Source of the DNA: the human T2T-CHM13v2.0 reference genome, Homo sapiens
DNA: 64,000 bases
Direction of reading: 5' to 3'
NCBI GenBank assembly: GCA_009914755.4
Contig: CP068257.2
Location: 35,648,001 to 35,712,000 of the forward strand
The notes below the pieces were generated by a model. That model ran no database searches. It was not told the origin of the DNA and saw nothing but the letters and a program-made list of their open reading frames with translations. This document shows, piece after piece, positions 1 to 16,214 of the stretch (the stretch's first letter is position 1; each line of letters starts with the position of its first letter). The translations under genes and the position numbers were made by a program.

Positions 1-69
1 GGGGTACCGAATGTCAGTCGTCTCATTAGTTGTGATGGTGAAGTGGTGTTCATTGTTGTGCTTGGCTAG

Positions 70-477
<408 letters not shown>

Positions 478-1079
478 TAAGAGCAGGCTTCCCTAGTTGT
501 CTTTTGCCCAAAAGTTTTAGCATCCATCCAAGACCTTTGTCTGAAATTCTGTCCCTTTTGAGATTACTTTGCATTAATATGACCAACCACTGCGATCAAT
601 TTTATTCCAAAGAGTGTTGGGGCTGTGATTTCAACCCTAGCTGCACATATATCACCGGTATCGCTGGGAGTGGAACCCAAGCAATCATATTTTAAAATTC
701 TCCAGGATGACTGATTCTGATGTAGAGTAAGGGTTGAGATTCCCCGAGTTAGAGGAACCTTACAACACCCTCATTTGCAAATAAGGACACTGAGGCCCAA
801 GGAGGTTAAATGACTGGCCAATGTCACAAAACCTGTTAATGGCATAGTCAAGATTTTACTTTTTTATACTTGCATTTTAATAGCCATTCCTTTGTGTCAG
901 TCGAAGAATAAAACCAGAAAAAGCAGTAACTTTCGTAGTATGTTAGTATGTTGTTAAAAGTGACTACCATCTAATATATGCTGCCGCCAGACATACCCAT
1001 TTCTGCTTCCAAGGTTTGTTTTAGCTTTCGTTCATTAGACCTTTGCGGTCACCTTAGGAGAGAGGGAAAGGGGAGTTTG

Positions 1080-2400
1080 GTCGTCAACTCCTCCGCCCTC
1101 AGCGCTCACTGAGGGAGCTCAAGCCTGAGAACCCAACACCGCCGGGTGTTCAAGGGGCCAGATGGGAAGAGGCGCAGCCCCGGAGCTGGGCGCCTGCCCT
1201 GCACGTCCCGCAGATGCGGCGGCGGCGCCTGCCCTGGGGCCTCCTCGCAGGGCAGCCAGCCTCGCGCGGGAAGCACCTGGCGGGGACGCACCTGGCGGGA
1301 ACGCACCCACCTTGGCGGAGACGCACCTGGCGGGACAGCCCTGCCCCGCCTAGGGACGCGGGACGTGCGCAGAGCGATGGAGACAGCGGAACCTGCAGAC
1401 CCGCCCAACCCCACCTCCATCCCCACCCCCAGCCCCCACTTACCCCGGCGTGATAAACTTTATTCGCTCTTTTAATCTTGATGTCCAGGGCGGTCCCCAT
1501 CTCCAATTCTCCGCAGCAGCCGCCACTTCCGGCTGCGCGTGACCCCAGGGAAACAAGGGGCGCCTCCCCGCTTCGTTCTGGGCCCCGCCCCTTTCCCTCT
1601 CTGCCGGCAGTGGCTCACGTGACCTCGCAGCGGCGTCGCACACACTCCCTAGCTCCGAGGGGCGAATGCCCCACGCCTTCCTCCTTCCGGCACAAGAGCC
1701 GGCCTTAGTGCGGGCCGAAGCGCTGTCACGGTTCACCCCGCCCCCTCTGGGCGTGAAAGACGGGGCCAAGCTAGCCCCACCCCTTCCGTAGGGACAGTCT
1801 TACGCCGGAAATGCTCCTTTGCTGTCCGGGTTAGCGGAGGGAGGGAGGAACGGCTCTCCCCGCGTGCCCCGCGGCTGGAGGCGGAGCCGAGCCTGTCTGT
1901 CGGTTGCAGCCTGCGCAGGAAGGATGACGCTCCCGTCAGGCTGTGCGGCGCAGACGGTCGCCCAATGGAGTTGTCTTTCAGGAGGTTTTAACTTGGTAAT
2001 GCCTGCCCTCCTCAAATGTCCTTAGTCTCCTCAACTCTAGCCCTCCACCGCTTTCTCCCTGGGGTTCTGAAGAGCCGGCGCCCCCTTGTCTGTCTGCGGC
2101 CAGGCGCCGCACCCTGCCCTTCCCGCGGGAGCGGTTCCGGTCACCCTCAGGGGTGCGGCCCCTGCGTGCTAGTCCTGCAAAGCGCTGATTGGCCGGCGGC
2201 TCGGTTGCCTCGCGTCCCAGCGCCAGCTGGGCCTAGGGCCAAGGTCTCGGGAAGCGCCGGGTGACCTCGCTCCTCTCGGAGCCGCGGGCGCTGGGTCACC
2301 CGCCAGCCGGGCTCCGCGGGCCGCGAGGGATTGTGGGTGTTCCCCAGGCGCGTGTCCTGGAACCGGGTGTTAAATATTCAGATCCGTGCGCCCCGCGCTG
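1080..2400. promoter_or_regulatory. CpG island / putative TATA-less promoter, possibly bidirectional
   Basis: CpG and GC density is very high. GC boxes include ggccccgcccc (~1579), caccccgcccc (~1733) and ccccacccc (~1775). There is a CACGTG E-box in tcacgtgac (~1616). CCAAT/ATTGG boxes are cgcccaatgg (~1959) and gctgattggccgg (~2176). ETS-like sites are cttccgg (~1680) and gccggaaatg (~1804). Candidate splice donors are GG|GTAAGTGGGGG on the minus strand (~1437-1446) and TTG|GTAATG on the plus strand (~1996-2003). I cannot determine the gene identity. Confidence 0.6.
1271..1336. repeat. 15-bp GC-rich tandem repeat (acgcacctggcggga-like, ~4 copies)
   Basis: The sequence reads aagcacctggcgggg acgcacctggcggga acgcacccaccttggcggag acgcacctggcggga and lies inside the CpG island. 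Confidence 0.7.
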
Positions 2401-2690
2401 AAGGGTGGAAAGGCACGGCCCCCAGGCTCTGGGGCTTGGAGATTGGTTGCAAATGAAAGACTGAAAGCTGGAGTGAATCTGCCTATTATTTTTATTCCCA
2501 GCAACAGCTGACCCCAGATACAGTTTGTGGGGGTGGGGGGCGTTACTGCAGGGCAGGGCAGTGCACTGTTAACGTACTTCGTTTATTGAGTTAAAATCTC
2601 TTGTAAATGTTATAAATGAGGATTTTGCCAATAAGCAGAAGGTCAAATTTCATTTTGACAAATGATTTAATTAAATAATGCGGTGAAAAG

Positions 2691-2732
2691 TGCTTTTTGT
2701 TTAAATTCTTTGCTTTTTGTTTAAATTCTTTG
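2691..2732 (+). repeat. Perfect 21-bp tandem duplication
   Basis: The unit tgctttttgtttaaattcttt occurs twice back to back. Confidence 0.85.
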
Positions 2733-3100
2733 ATTCTGATCATTATTTTTTAAAGTGCATTGCTTTTGGGATAACATCAGAAACTATCTGTAAAAAGAAT
2801 TAGTATCACGAATGCCTCCCTCTTAAGAATATAAAATGTTTTACAGGCCAGCAGTGATGGTGCTGCAGCTACAATTGCATTTGAAGGTTAATAAATGGTA
2901 TTTTCAAATATTCAGGTCTTGGTTTGCAGCTCCTCTCTGCCCTCAGGGCTTTGGTCTCTGTCTTCAATGTTTTCCTGGCAATTCAAAACTCAGCGATTTT
3001 AGAACAATTCATTAGGGACTTGAAAATCACAGTCTAGTCTATTTGAATTCAAGAAGTGGATCCCTTTCCGCTAGACTCACCCATCATTTTCAAGTGGTAA

Positions 3101-3469
<369 letters not shown>

Positions 3470-4744
3470 TCCAATCGCTATCCTTTTAAATCTTTTCCAT
3501 CCCTCACTCACACCTTAGATGATACCTTAACTTTCTGGTCCATTTGAGTTACCAAAAATCAGACCGTGTTAAAGTGTCGATCTCATGTCTCAAGTGGGAC
3601 CCTAAATCCCTTAGTGTGAGTGGGAAGGTGCAAAGCGTGGTTCTGGCATGCAGACACTTCTCAACGTACCTCTGCAAGGCCTGGCTTCTGTGTTGAGATA
3701 AGGAAGAGGAGAGAAAATGAGACAAATATCTCTTAACTAGCCACTGCTGAATTTTCTTAGTTGATTCCTGCCTCTCTGGTAACTGTCTCGTTTAAAATTC
3801 CTTTCGTGGGGTACAGATGGGGAGGTCGGGTGGGGCCTTCTCCCTGCCGCACAGTTCCATGGGAGATCTTTTCCATCACCCGCCCCCGCCGCCGTCAGCA
3901 CCGGGCAGTACACTCAGCCTCTCAGGCAAGATCACTCAGGACCATTTATCTTCCGCATAGGAAGAATTTGACCCAGGAGAAATACACATCTTTGCCACAC
4001 AAAAGGGCTGGACTGAAGACCACCCCGTGGCTACTCCTCTCTCCCCTGCTATATCCCTCTTCAATTTTGTTGTTCCCCCTTGCCATACAGACAGGGATAA
4101 GTCAGCAAGAGTGCTGGAGGAACAGATCTGCAGGCAACAAATAGAATACCAGACTCCCCTTCCAGCAGGCCCTCTGATACCTTGGAGAGATTGTCCTATG
4201 TCCTTCCCAGCTACATCACTTCCCACCAGAAACACCGTCCTCCGCAATACCGACTGCCTCCTTTCATTCCTTCCCCTGCCTTCCTGTATAGATTGAGGAG
4301 AGGACTGGGGAAGTATTTGGTGGAAGCGGGGCCAGATCTGCAGCTTTTTATTAAGCCCTGGGGGAAGTGGCCCCAATTATAGGCATCTTTCATTAGGAGA
4401 TGGAGTACTATGCCTGTAGTTTTCCATTGTGAGCCTAGTGCCAATTCTGGGACAATAGTAGAGGTCCCACTAAACATCTTTAAGTGGGTGCTATGATTCT
4501 CTGCGCAGACTCTTCCTGCAGGACTGGAGGACATGTTCCCTGAGCTGCTAGGAGTATTGGTCTCAACAGTTTTCAGCTAAGTCACTCTTCAAAGCTTGCC
4601 TTTAATGAAGAAAACTGCCTTGCCCAAGGTCATTCCCCCTTCTAGGGGGCAGCCCACACTTGACAATTAATCCATTTAGGATATAGAGGCCTCTCCGTTG
4701 TTCCAGTTTAGGACAACTCTGAAGGACCATTCCATATTCAAAAC

Positions 4745-5230
4745 TCCCAGTATTAGTTAAATACTGATGTGTAGCAAATTACCCCAATCTGTAGTAGCTT
4801 TAAATAACAAACGTCTCATTATGTCTGCGAGTTGGGAACTCAGGAGCAGCTTCCCTGGGTGTTCCTGGCTCAAGGTGTCAGATTCTTGCAGTTGTCTGAA
4901 GGCCTGTTGTCGGCTGGAAGATCCAGTTCCAAGATGGCTCCCTCACATGGCTGAGGTTGGGAGCACTCACTTCCACTCCACAGGCTGCTTGAGAAGCCTC
5001 ACAGTATGGCAGCTAGCTTCTCCCAGACCAGTCAATCAAGAGAGAGTGCAATTAGGGAGCTGCAATGCCCTGTGAGGCCAAGTATCTGAAGGACATCTAC
5101 TTTTCTTCTCTTCATCAGAAGACAGTCACTAAATCCCACTAATTCCATTTGGGAAGGGGAATTTAGCTCTACCTATGGAAGGGAGGGTCAAAGAATTTGA
5201 GGACATATTTTAATCCACTACGCTCCGCAT
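4745..5230 (+). mobile_element. MaLR/ERVL-type LTR fragment (MLT1-like)
   Basis: The sequence gtagtagctttaaataacaaa...ggaactcaggagcagcttccctgg...caaggtgtcagattcttgc...cagttccaagatggctccctcacatggctg...agtgcaattagggagctgc matches the characteristic MLT1-family motif series. The family call is from memory. Confidence 0.5.
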
Positions 5231-5764
5231 TGAATCCTGCTTCCTACACCCAAACCCTGTGCGCCTGTTGATCCTGAGAGCATCTCCCCAATAAACTTCC
5301 TGCATGTTAAATCTCCATCTTGTATTCTGCCTTCTGGCAACCTAACCTCAACAATCCAGTTATGCTAGTTTCATAATAACCCTCATAATAACCCTCAAGA
5401 CACTCTTGTGATACAGGAAAAATTACTATTTCCTCACCTTACAAAAGGGAAGACAGGCACAGAAAGATTAATGTACTTGCCCAAGGTCATATAGCAACTA
5501 AGTGGCAGCCACCAATTCTGACTCCAGAGTTCATATAGGCAATTGCTGATCAATGCGCTACATACATGCACACAACAAACGCCTGGGTGCATAACAATGG
5601 GGGGCTCATGATCTTAATCAAAAGACTGGACAAAAGACTGCCAATCAAATGGGAAAATCCAGCAGAGGTGCAATGTCAGAGTCAAAGGCAATCTTAAAGA
5701 GAGGAATGGGGGGTCATTGTATCAACTGATGGTGAAGATAGAATATTAAAACTATTGCAGAATA

Positions 5765-6810
<1,046 letters not shown>

Positions 6811-7060
6811 TGGCCACTAAGAACATCTCAATGTTGATTATGTACAAGTTTGATTAAGGATGTCCTGGATACCTTAACTACCACAACTTACACCACTTGG
6901 CAGTTAAGACACACTTTCTCAAATAACAAAATGTGAAGCATTCTTTGTAAACAAACACATAAAAATACAATATTTGTTTTTTATAAACAATATATATGAA
7001 ATTTATATATAAATAAAGAAAAATAAAATTTTAAAATAAAATTTAAATTAAAGATAAATT

Positions 7061-7350
<290 letters not shown>

Positions 7351-7716
7351 ATTAATTAAAATAAAATAAAATAAATAAAATTAGAAAATAAAATAGAATT
7401 TTAAAATGTAAACATACATAAAAATTTATATAAAAATGTTTAATGAATTTTATAAAAATAAAATTTATATATAAATTTTATATTTTATATAAATTTTTTA
7501 TTAAAATGTGATTGAAATACAATATTTGTTTCTTATTTGTCAAGAAACAAGTAAAAATATGATACCAGACTAAAAATAACAAAGTATGAATGCTTCACAC
7601 CAAAACCTATGGGATACAGGTAAAAAAAGAATCCTCTGAAAAATTATTGGAAAAAGTTTGGAAATTTGGTCAGAGTGAAATGATATGCTATCTGGGATTT
7701 GCTTCTAAATAACTCT

Positions 7717-7884
7717 AGGAGGAGGAAGAGGGAGAAGGAGGAGGAGGGGGAGGGGAGAAAGAGGAGGATGAGGAGGGGTGGAGAAGGAGGAGGGGGGAGG
7801 GGAGAAAGTAGGATGGGGAGGGGCGGAGAAGGAGGGGAGGAAATGGAGGAAGAGGGAAGGGGTACAGGAGGAGGAGGAGGAAAG
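7717..7884. repeat. GA-rich polypurine minisatellite ((GGA)n / GGAGGGG-rich, ~45-bp higher-order unit x3)
   Basis: The tract is about 168 bp and almost purely purine on the plus strand (ggaggaggaagagggagaaggaggaggagggggaggggagaaagaggagg...). It contains many G-runs of at least 3. Confidence 0.85.
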
Positions 7885-9144
7885 GTTTTATTCACTCATT
7901 CACTCTGCCTTTGTATACACTTGAGTTCCATAACAAAAGAAGAGAAGATAAATTTACAAAGTAGGATAATATTTTTGAAATATTAAGCTGAAGTATTTTT
8001 AAAATTCCTTGTCATTCCCAGCAGGTGCCCCTCAACTCTCTCTCCATCAAGTTTATACCCTGAAGCAAAAAATGTGTGTTGAAGAGCACTTTGCCAAAGA
8101 TCTGAAACATGGTTTGGTCTAGAGGAAGGGGAATAGAATGAGAAGAGCAGAAGTAGCTCCTGGGGTGGGATCCAGCTGTATTTCATGCTTGGAGTCAACG
8201 TCCCAGTTGGGGTTAGAAATGCGCAGGGCAATAGAAAACATGACAGGAAACTCGGAGCTCGAGAGAGAAGAATCAAATGATTAAAATAACCCAAAAGTTA
8301 GAGGTATGGGCTGAGTCAGCCAAGGGGGAGTCCCGGCTCTTTCTAGCGGTCCCTCTAGTGTGCTATTGCCTGTGCAGAGATGGGATTTTGAGACACTCCA
8401 GCTGGGACGTTGGCAGATAGGCAAGGGACATGGCATTTTTGAACCATATGCCTCTCTCCATCCCAAGTAGAATGCTTTTGGGGAAAGGTAAGAAGGAGAC
8501 TGAGGATGTGAAAAGAGAATTCTAAAACACTGGCTATCAGCTGGGTTCCAACTGAATAATGAGACTGATTTTCTTCTCCCCTGTCCTCAGCAGAAATGGT
8601 TACTGGGGAGCTAAACTGGGTTAATTTATAGAGAAATGAAGACTGGTACTTTTTTGGTCATCTATATGTATGCCTGTAAATTTTGAAACAGCCTACGTAT
8701 GCAAAAATCAATAGGCATTACGATTTAACAGCAACAACCAGTTAGAAAATAAAATGAAGATACAGACTGTATTCTCAATAGCAATCAAAATATAAAATAT
8801 TTGGAGTAATTTGAATGTGATCTATGTTTTAGTTACATGAGAAAAGCTATAAGGCTGAATTAAGAAATGTGAAATATGGCAAAATAGAGATTTACAGTAT
8901 TTCTGAATAGAAAATCTATTTTAAAATGTCCAGTTGTATACAATTAATTTTTAGAGCTAATTACTCTCAATATCCTAATAAAATTTTTCATGAGGAAATT
9001 CAATGAAATTCTGTTAAAATTCTTCTGAAAAAATAAAGAAGTATTTTGAAATGACATCTCTTTAAAGAGCTAATTGTAGGAGAAAGGTTTTTACTAGGCA
9101 TAAAATATAGTATAACTGTAAGAATTAAAAGAGCATCATCCTGA

Positions 9145-9540
<396 letters not shown>

Positions 9541-9544
9541 TATT

Positions 9545-10075
9545 TATTTTTTATTGTATATATTCAAGTTGTATATGAAATTTCAATAAATGATAAAAGA
9601 GGCATTGCAAATCTATAAAGAACAGGGGATTACTCAGTAAATGATATTACACTAAATGCTATTTAGAAGAAAAATTCATTTAGATTTTACCATAACAGCA
9701 TATATCAAAAAAAAGGAAGAGAGAGAAGAAAAGACCTAGTTGGATTAAAGAGTTCAGGAAATAATAAAACAAGTTAAGGCACAGACTTAATGAAAAGTAT
9801 GGAAAACTTATATGAGAAAAACTACTAAAGTCTTGCATGAGACGTCACAGTAGATTTGAACAGAAGGCAAACATACCATTATCTTGGATAGGAAAGTGTA
9901 ACATCATAAAAATGTTAAGTCTCCTCTGCTTAATTTATATATTTAAATTAACACTAACAAAAATATTAATTTATTTATGGAGCCAGGCAGGTTGATTATA
10001 AAATTTATTTGGAATAATAAATAAGGGAGAATAGCCAGAACAAATCTCAAAAGAGATGAACCGGTGGGGGGCAGG
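9545..10075 (+). mobile_element. Ancient L1 (L1M-like) ORF2 fragment
   Basis: Translation gives ...[64 protein letters not shown]. This resembles L1 ORF2 ...[32 protein letters not shown]...KFIWK.KRPRIAK with frameshifts and stops. Confidence 0.65.
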
Positions 10076-10166
10076 GGGAGGAGGAGGAGCCTAGGACGTG
10101 TCATACAGAGAGTGGCACCTGGGACTCATTTTAGCCAGTGGAAGGCAGTGAGAGTTCTGCACCTAA

Positions 10167-10475
<309 letters not shown>

Positions 10476-10494
10476 TAAAAAGGCCTGGCAACAG

Positions 10495-10795
<301 letters not shown>

Positions 10796-11455
10796 GCCTG
10801 ACCTGGCAACTTCTGCTTTTACATGCTGGGAGGGCTGAGTATGATGTAAGGAGCCCAGTGACCCTGATGGAGACACTGTTGAAGGACCACAAAGAGGAGA
10901 GGCCCTGAACAATATGGAGAAAGAAGGGGTGGGAGAGAGAGAGAAAACCCCAGCTCCCCCAGCGTAGCCACCAAGAATGGCCCTCCTGCCATGTCCACAA
11001 GGACCCAACATACACATGAAGCCATCTCGGGATTTCCACTCCACTGCCATAAAACTGCAGTCACGTGAACGACACAAAGTGAGACTGGCAAAAGGACCAC
11101 TCAGCTGAGCCACAGTCCACCAGTAGAATTGTGAAAAATAATACAGTGGCCATTGTCCTAAGCCACTGAGTTTTGAGGTGGTTTGTGATGCGGCAGTAGG
11201 TGACCAGATCAAATGATTACCGAAGGGGAAAAGACAGAATAGGGCAGGGAGACAGGAAGAGAAGCAAGACATCTCTGCATGTTATGTCATAGAATTTTGA
11301 CTCTGTATCCATGTAAATGTTTTAGCTAATTTAAAAAAATTTTAATTTAAAAAATTAAACCACACAGAAAAGAGAAATACAATGGAATTGTTAAAACTTC
11401 AGTGGGGTAGAGGTAGGAAGACTTTCTACATGACTGATAGAAACATCACAAAGGA

Positions 11456-12104
<649 letters not shown>

Positions 12105-12139
12105 TCAATTTATTATATAGAAAATTTTCCTATACATCA

Positions 12140-12525
<386 letters not shown>

Positions 12526-12559
12526 TCACATTTTGACCACAGAGGATGTGTTAGTTTTC

Positions 12560-13130
12560 TACAGCCGTGTAATAAATAACTATAAATGTAGAGATGCGAA
12601 ACAACACCCACTGATTAGCTCACAGCTCTGTGGGTTCAACTGGATTCTCTGCTTAGGGTCAAACAGGGTTGAGATCAAGGTGTCTGCCTGGCTGGGCTAT
12701 TACCTGGAGGCTCTGGGAAGCACCTACTTGAAAGCTCATTGAGGTGACGGGCAGAATTCAGTTCCTTGTGGTTGTAGGACTCCAGTCACGTGCCCTCGCT
12801 GACTGTCAGCAGGGACCACTCTCAGCTTTTAAAGACGTCTCTCTGATCAGTGGGCAGAGCCCCTCCATCATCAAAGCCAGCCATGGTGCATCAAATCCTT
12901 CTTGTGCTTTGAATCTCTTTGACTGCCCTTTCTGCTGCCAGACAGAGAACATTTTCTGCTTTTAAAAGGCTAATGATATTAGATTAGGCCCACCTAGAAA
13001 ATCTCCCTATTTGAAGATTAACCATGCCGGGTAACATAATCTTGGGAGTGATATTTCATCATATCCACAGCTTCCACCCTCACTCAAAGGGAGGGGATTA
13101 TAGAAAGAAGAAGGTCATTGGGGGTCATTC
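12560..13130 (+). mobile_element. MaLR-type LTR (MLT1-like)
   Basis: Characteristic motifs are ...cttagggtcaaacagggttgagatcaaggtgtctgcctggctgggctattacctggaggctctggg...cagttccttgtggttgtaggactccagtcacgtgccctcgctgactgtcagcagggaccactctcagcttttaaag...atcatcaaagccagccatggtgcatcaaatccttcttgtgctttgaatctc...ggcccacctagaaaatctccctatttgaag. The 73-aa track ORF at 12744-12965 is the standard read-through of this LTR. Confidence 0.6.
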
Positions 13131-13564
13131 TTAGAATTTTGACTACCAGAGGGGATAACATTCACATCTATAATAAGAACTCTAAGACACAGGACATGAA
13201 TAACAGTTTGCAAAAGAGGAAATCAAGTAGTTAGCAGACATATGGGAAAATGTTTCACTTCAATTGAAATAAAAGAAATTCTAGTAGAAATCTTCTACTC
13301 ACAGATTAAATTAGCAAAAAATACTAAATATTGGCAGCTATGTGGTGAAACAGGCATTTCATTCATTGATGATAGCAATGTGAATGGTACAACACATGTA
13401 GAAATAAATTTGGAAATATATACCAACGCCTTTAAAATGTTTATATTCTTTGGCCCAGTAATTTGACTGCTGGGAATCTATGTAAAGATTAATCCTAAAT
13501 TTGGAAAAAAAATTTCCCAGCAATCAAGTAATCCTAAATTTGAGAAAAAAACATTTTTAAACAC

Positions 13565-13925
13565 TGATATGGTTTGGCTCTGTGTCCCCACCCAAATCTC
13601 ACTTTGACTTGTAATAATCCCCACGTGTCATGGGAGGGACCCGGTGGGAGGTAACTGAATCATGAGGGCAGGTTTTTCCTGTGCTGTTCTCATGATAGTG
13701 AATAAGTCTCACAAGATCTGATGGCTTTATAAAGCAGAGTTCCCCTACACAGATCTCTTGCCTGCCGCCATGTAAGACATGACTTTGTTCTTCATTTGTC
13801 TTCTGCCATGATTATGAGGCCTCCCAAGCCATGCAGAACCGTGAGTCCACTAAACCTCTTTCTTTTATAAATTACCCAGTCTCAGGTATGTCTTTATTAT
13901 CAGCATGAGGACAGACTAATAAAAA
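13565..13925 (+). mobile_element. THE1/MST-type MaLR solo LTR
   Basis: The sequence tgatatggtttggctctgtgtccccacccaaatctcactttgacttgtaataatccccacgtgtcatgggagggacccggtgggaggtaactgaatcatgagggcaggtttttcctgtgctgttctcatgatagtgaataagtctcacaagatctgatggctttataaagcagagttcccctacacagatctcttgcctgccgccatgtaagacatgactttg...cagtctcaggtatgtctttattatcagcatgaggacagactaataaaa matches the THE1 consensus from TGATATGG to CTAATACA. Confidence 0.78.
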
Positions 13926-13929
13926 CACC

Positions 13930-14574
13930 ATGGTATTCACGGCAAATTATTAATAATGAAAAAGTGGAAACAATCTAATTGGCAAAATGGACATTGTTGG
14001 ATACATTACACCTTCAAATCAACAAGATATTAGGCAGTCACTGAAAACATGGTTATGCTGAAAGAAAATACAAGAAGGTCTGATAAATGGAGAAGAAACA
14101 TTCCATGTTTATGGAGTACAAGACTCAAGATGCCATCTCTCCCTCAATGCAATTGCATTCTATAATCCCAGTTTTTGGTTTAAAAATTTAAACACTTGTA
14201 TGATAATGCAAAGATCCTATAACAGCCAACACATTTTGAAAAAGTAGAGCACAGCAGGAGGATTTACACTGCCTGACTTTAAGACCTGGCATAAAACAAC
14301 AAGGATCGATGCTTAAAGAGAGATAAGCAGATCAATGGAACAGATTAGGGAGTCCAGAAATAAAACCGTATACATATGGTCAACAAAAATCATATATGAC
14401 TTTCAACAAAGGTGCCAAGGCAATTCCACAGGGACAGGAAAGCCTTTTCAACAACTGGTGCTGGAACAACTGGATATCCATACGGGAAAAAATGAACCTT
14501 GCCTGTTACTTGACACCATATACAAACATTAACTTGAAATGGATCATAGACCTAAAAGCTAATACTATAAAGTT
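13930..14574 (+). mobile_element. Ancient L1 (L1M-like) ORF2 fragment, 3' truncated by an Alu
   Basis: Translation gives ...STAGGFTLPDFKTWHKTTRIDA.REISRSMEQIRESRNKTVYIWSTKIIYDF... and ...FNKGAKAIPQGQESLFNNWCWNNWISIREKMNLACYLTPYTNINLKWIIDLK. This matches L1 ORF2 ...GGLTLPDFKTYYKATVIKT..QIDQWNRIE...[51 protein letters not shown]. Confidence 0.7.
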
Positions 14575-14860
<286 letters not shown>

Positions 14861-15042
14861 CTTATGTTTGGTTTTTGCTCTTCTCACAGATATGCATTAT
14901 TTCAAAACTATTTGCCAGTAAATGAAAGTATTTACTATTCAAGTTAAAAATATTTCCTATTGAATTTAAAAAAAGTGAAAGGAAATTGACAAGAGCAGCA
15001 TTAGCATTATTTCAACTGCAAGAGCCAGAAACCAATTTATTT

Positions 15043-15658
<616 letters not shown>

Positions 15659-16214
15659 CAGAAATCAAAGTAAATAACCTTAAACCAAACACAGATGAAT
15701 TGGCTTTCCTAACTCAACCCAGGATGGAGTTGTTTTCAGTTGAGTTACATATACAAAGTCAATTTACCAGTTTCCTAATAGTCTTCTTACCATTTATAGG
15801 GGAGACATCTAAGTTATGTCAATAGGCAAATCAACGAATACTACATCACAAACAGTTTCAATATTTAAGAGGCAATAAGAGAAGGAAAGCTTGTGGAAAC
15901 CACACATTTTATTTATTACCTTCATTTCATTCTCACAGCCTAGCAATAATTCAGAGCTAACGTGTGGCAACACATCTCCACTTTCCTGGTTTGTGCGTTT
16001 GCTTCCTCCTTGCCTGTCCCAGTGCGGGGCGTCGTTTGCGATGGGGGTCCTGCCCTGTGCTGACTGTAAACCTCTTGAAGCACATCAACAATGCGCCAGC
16101 ACGTCCTGAGAGTTTGTGGACTGAAGTTATTCCAAATTCTAAAATGTAAATCCACTAAAAGAAAGTATAAGAACTGTAGCCTGAACTCGCCAAAAACAAG
16201 TCCCCCAAATGTGT

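Noticed and set aside
1106-1769. Cluster of overlapping 60-120-aa ORFs on both strands in the first 2 kb
   Set aside because: They are GC-rich CpG-island sequence with Arg/Pro/Gly/Ala-rich translations. Several begin on TTG rather than ATG, so the track uses bacterial start rules. None has eukaryotic coding features that I can verify.
13560-13930. Attempt to define the 5-bp TSD of the THE1 solo LTR (aacac ... aacac)
   Set aside because: The reading requires the LTR to have lost its terminal CA (ctaataaa|aacac). The alternative boundary gives no matching duplication, so it is too ambiguous to report as a feature.
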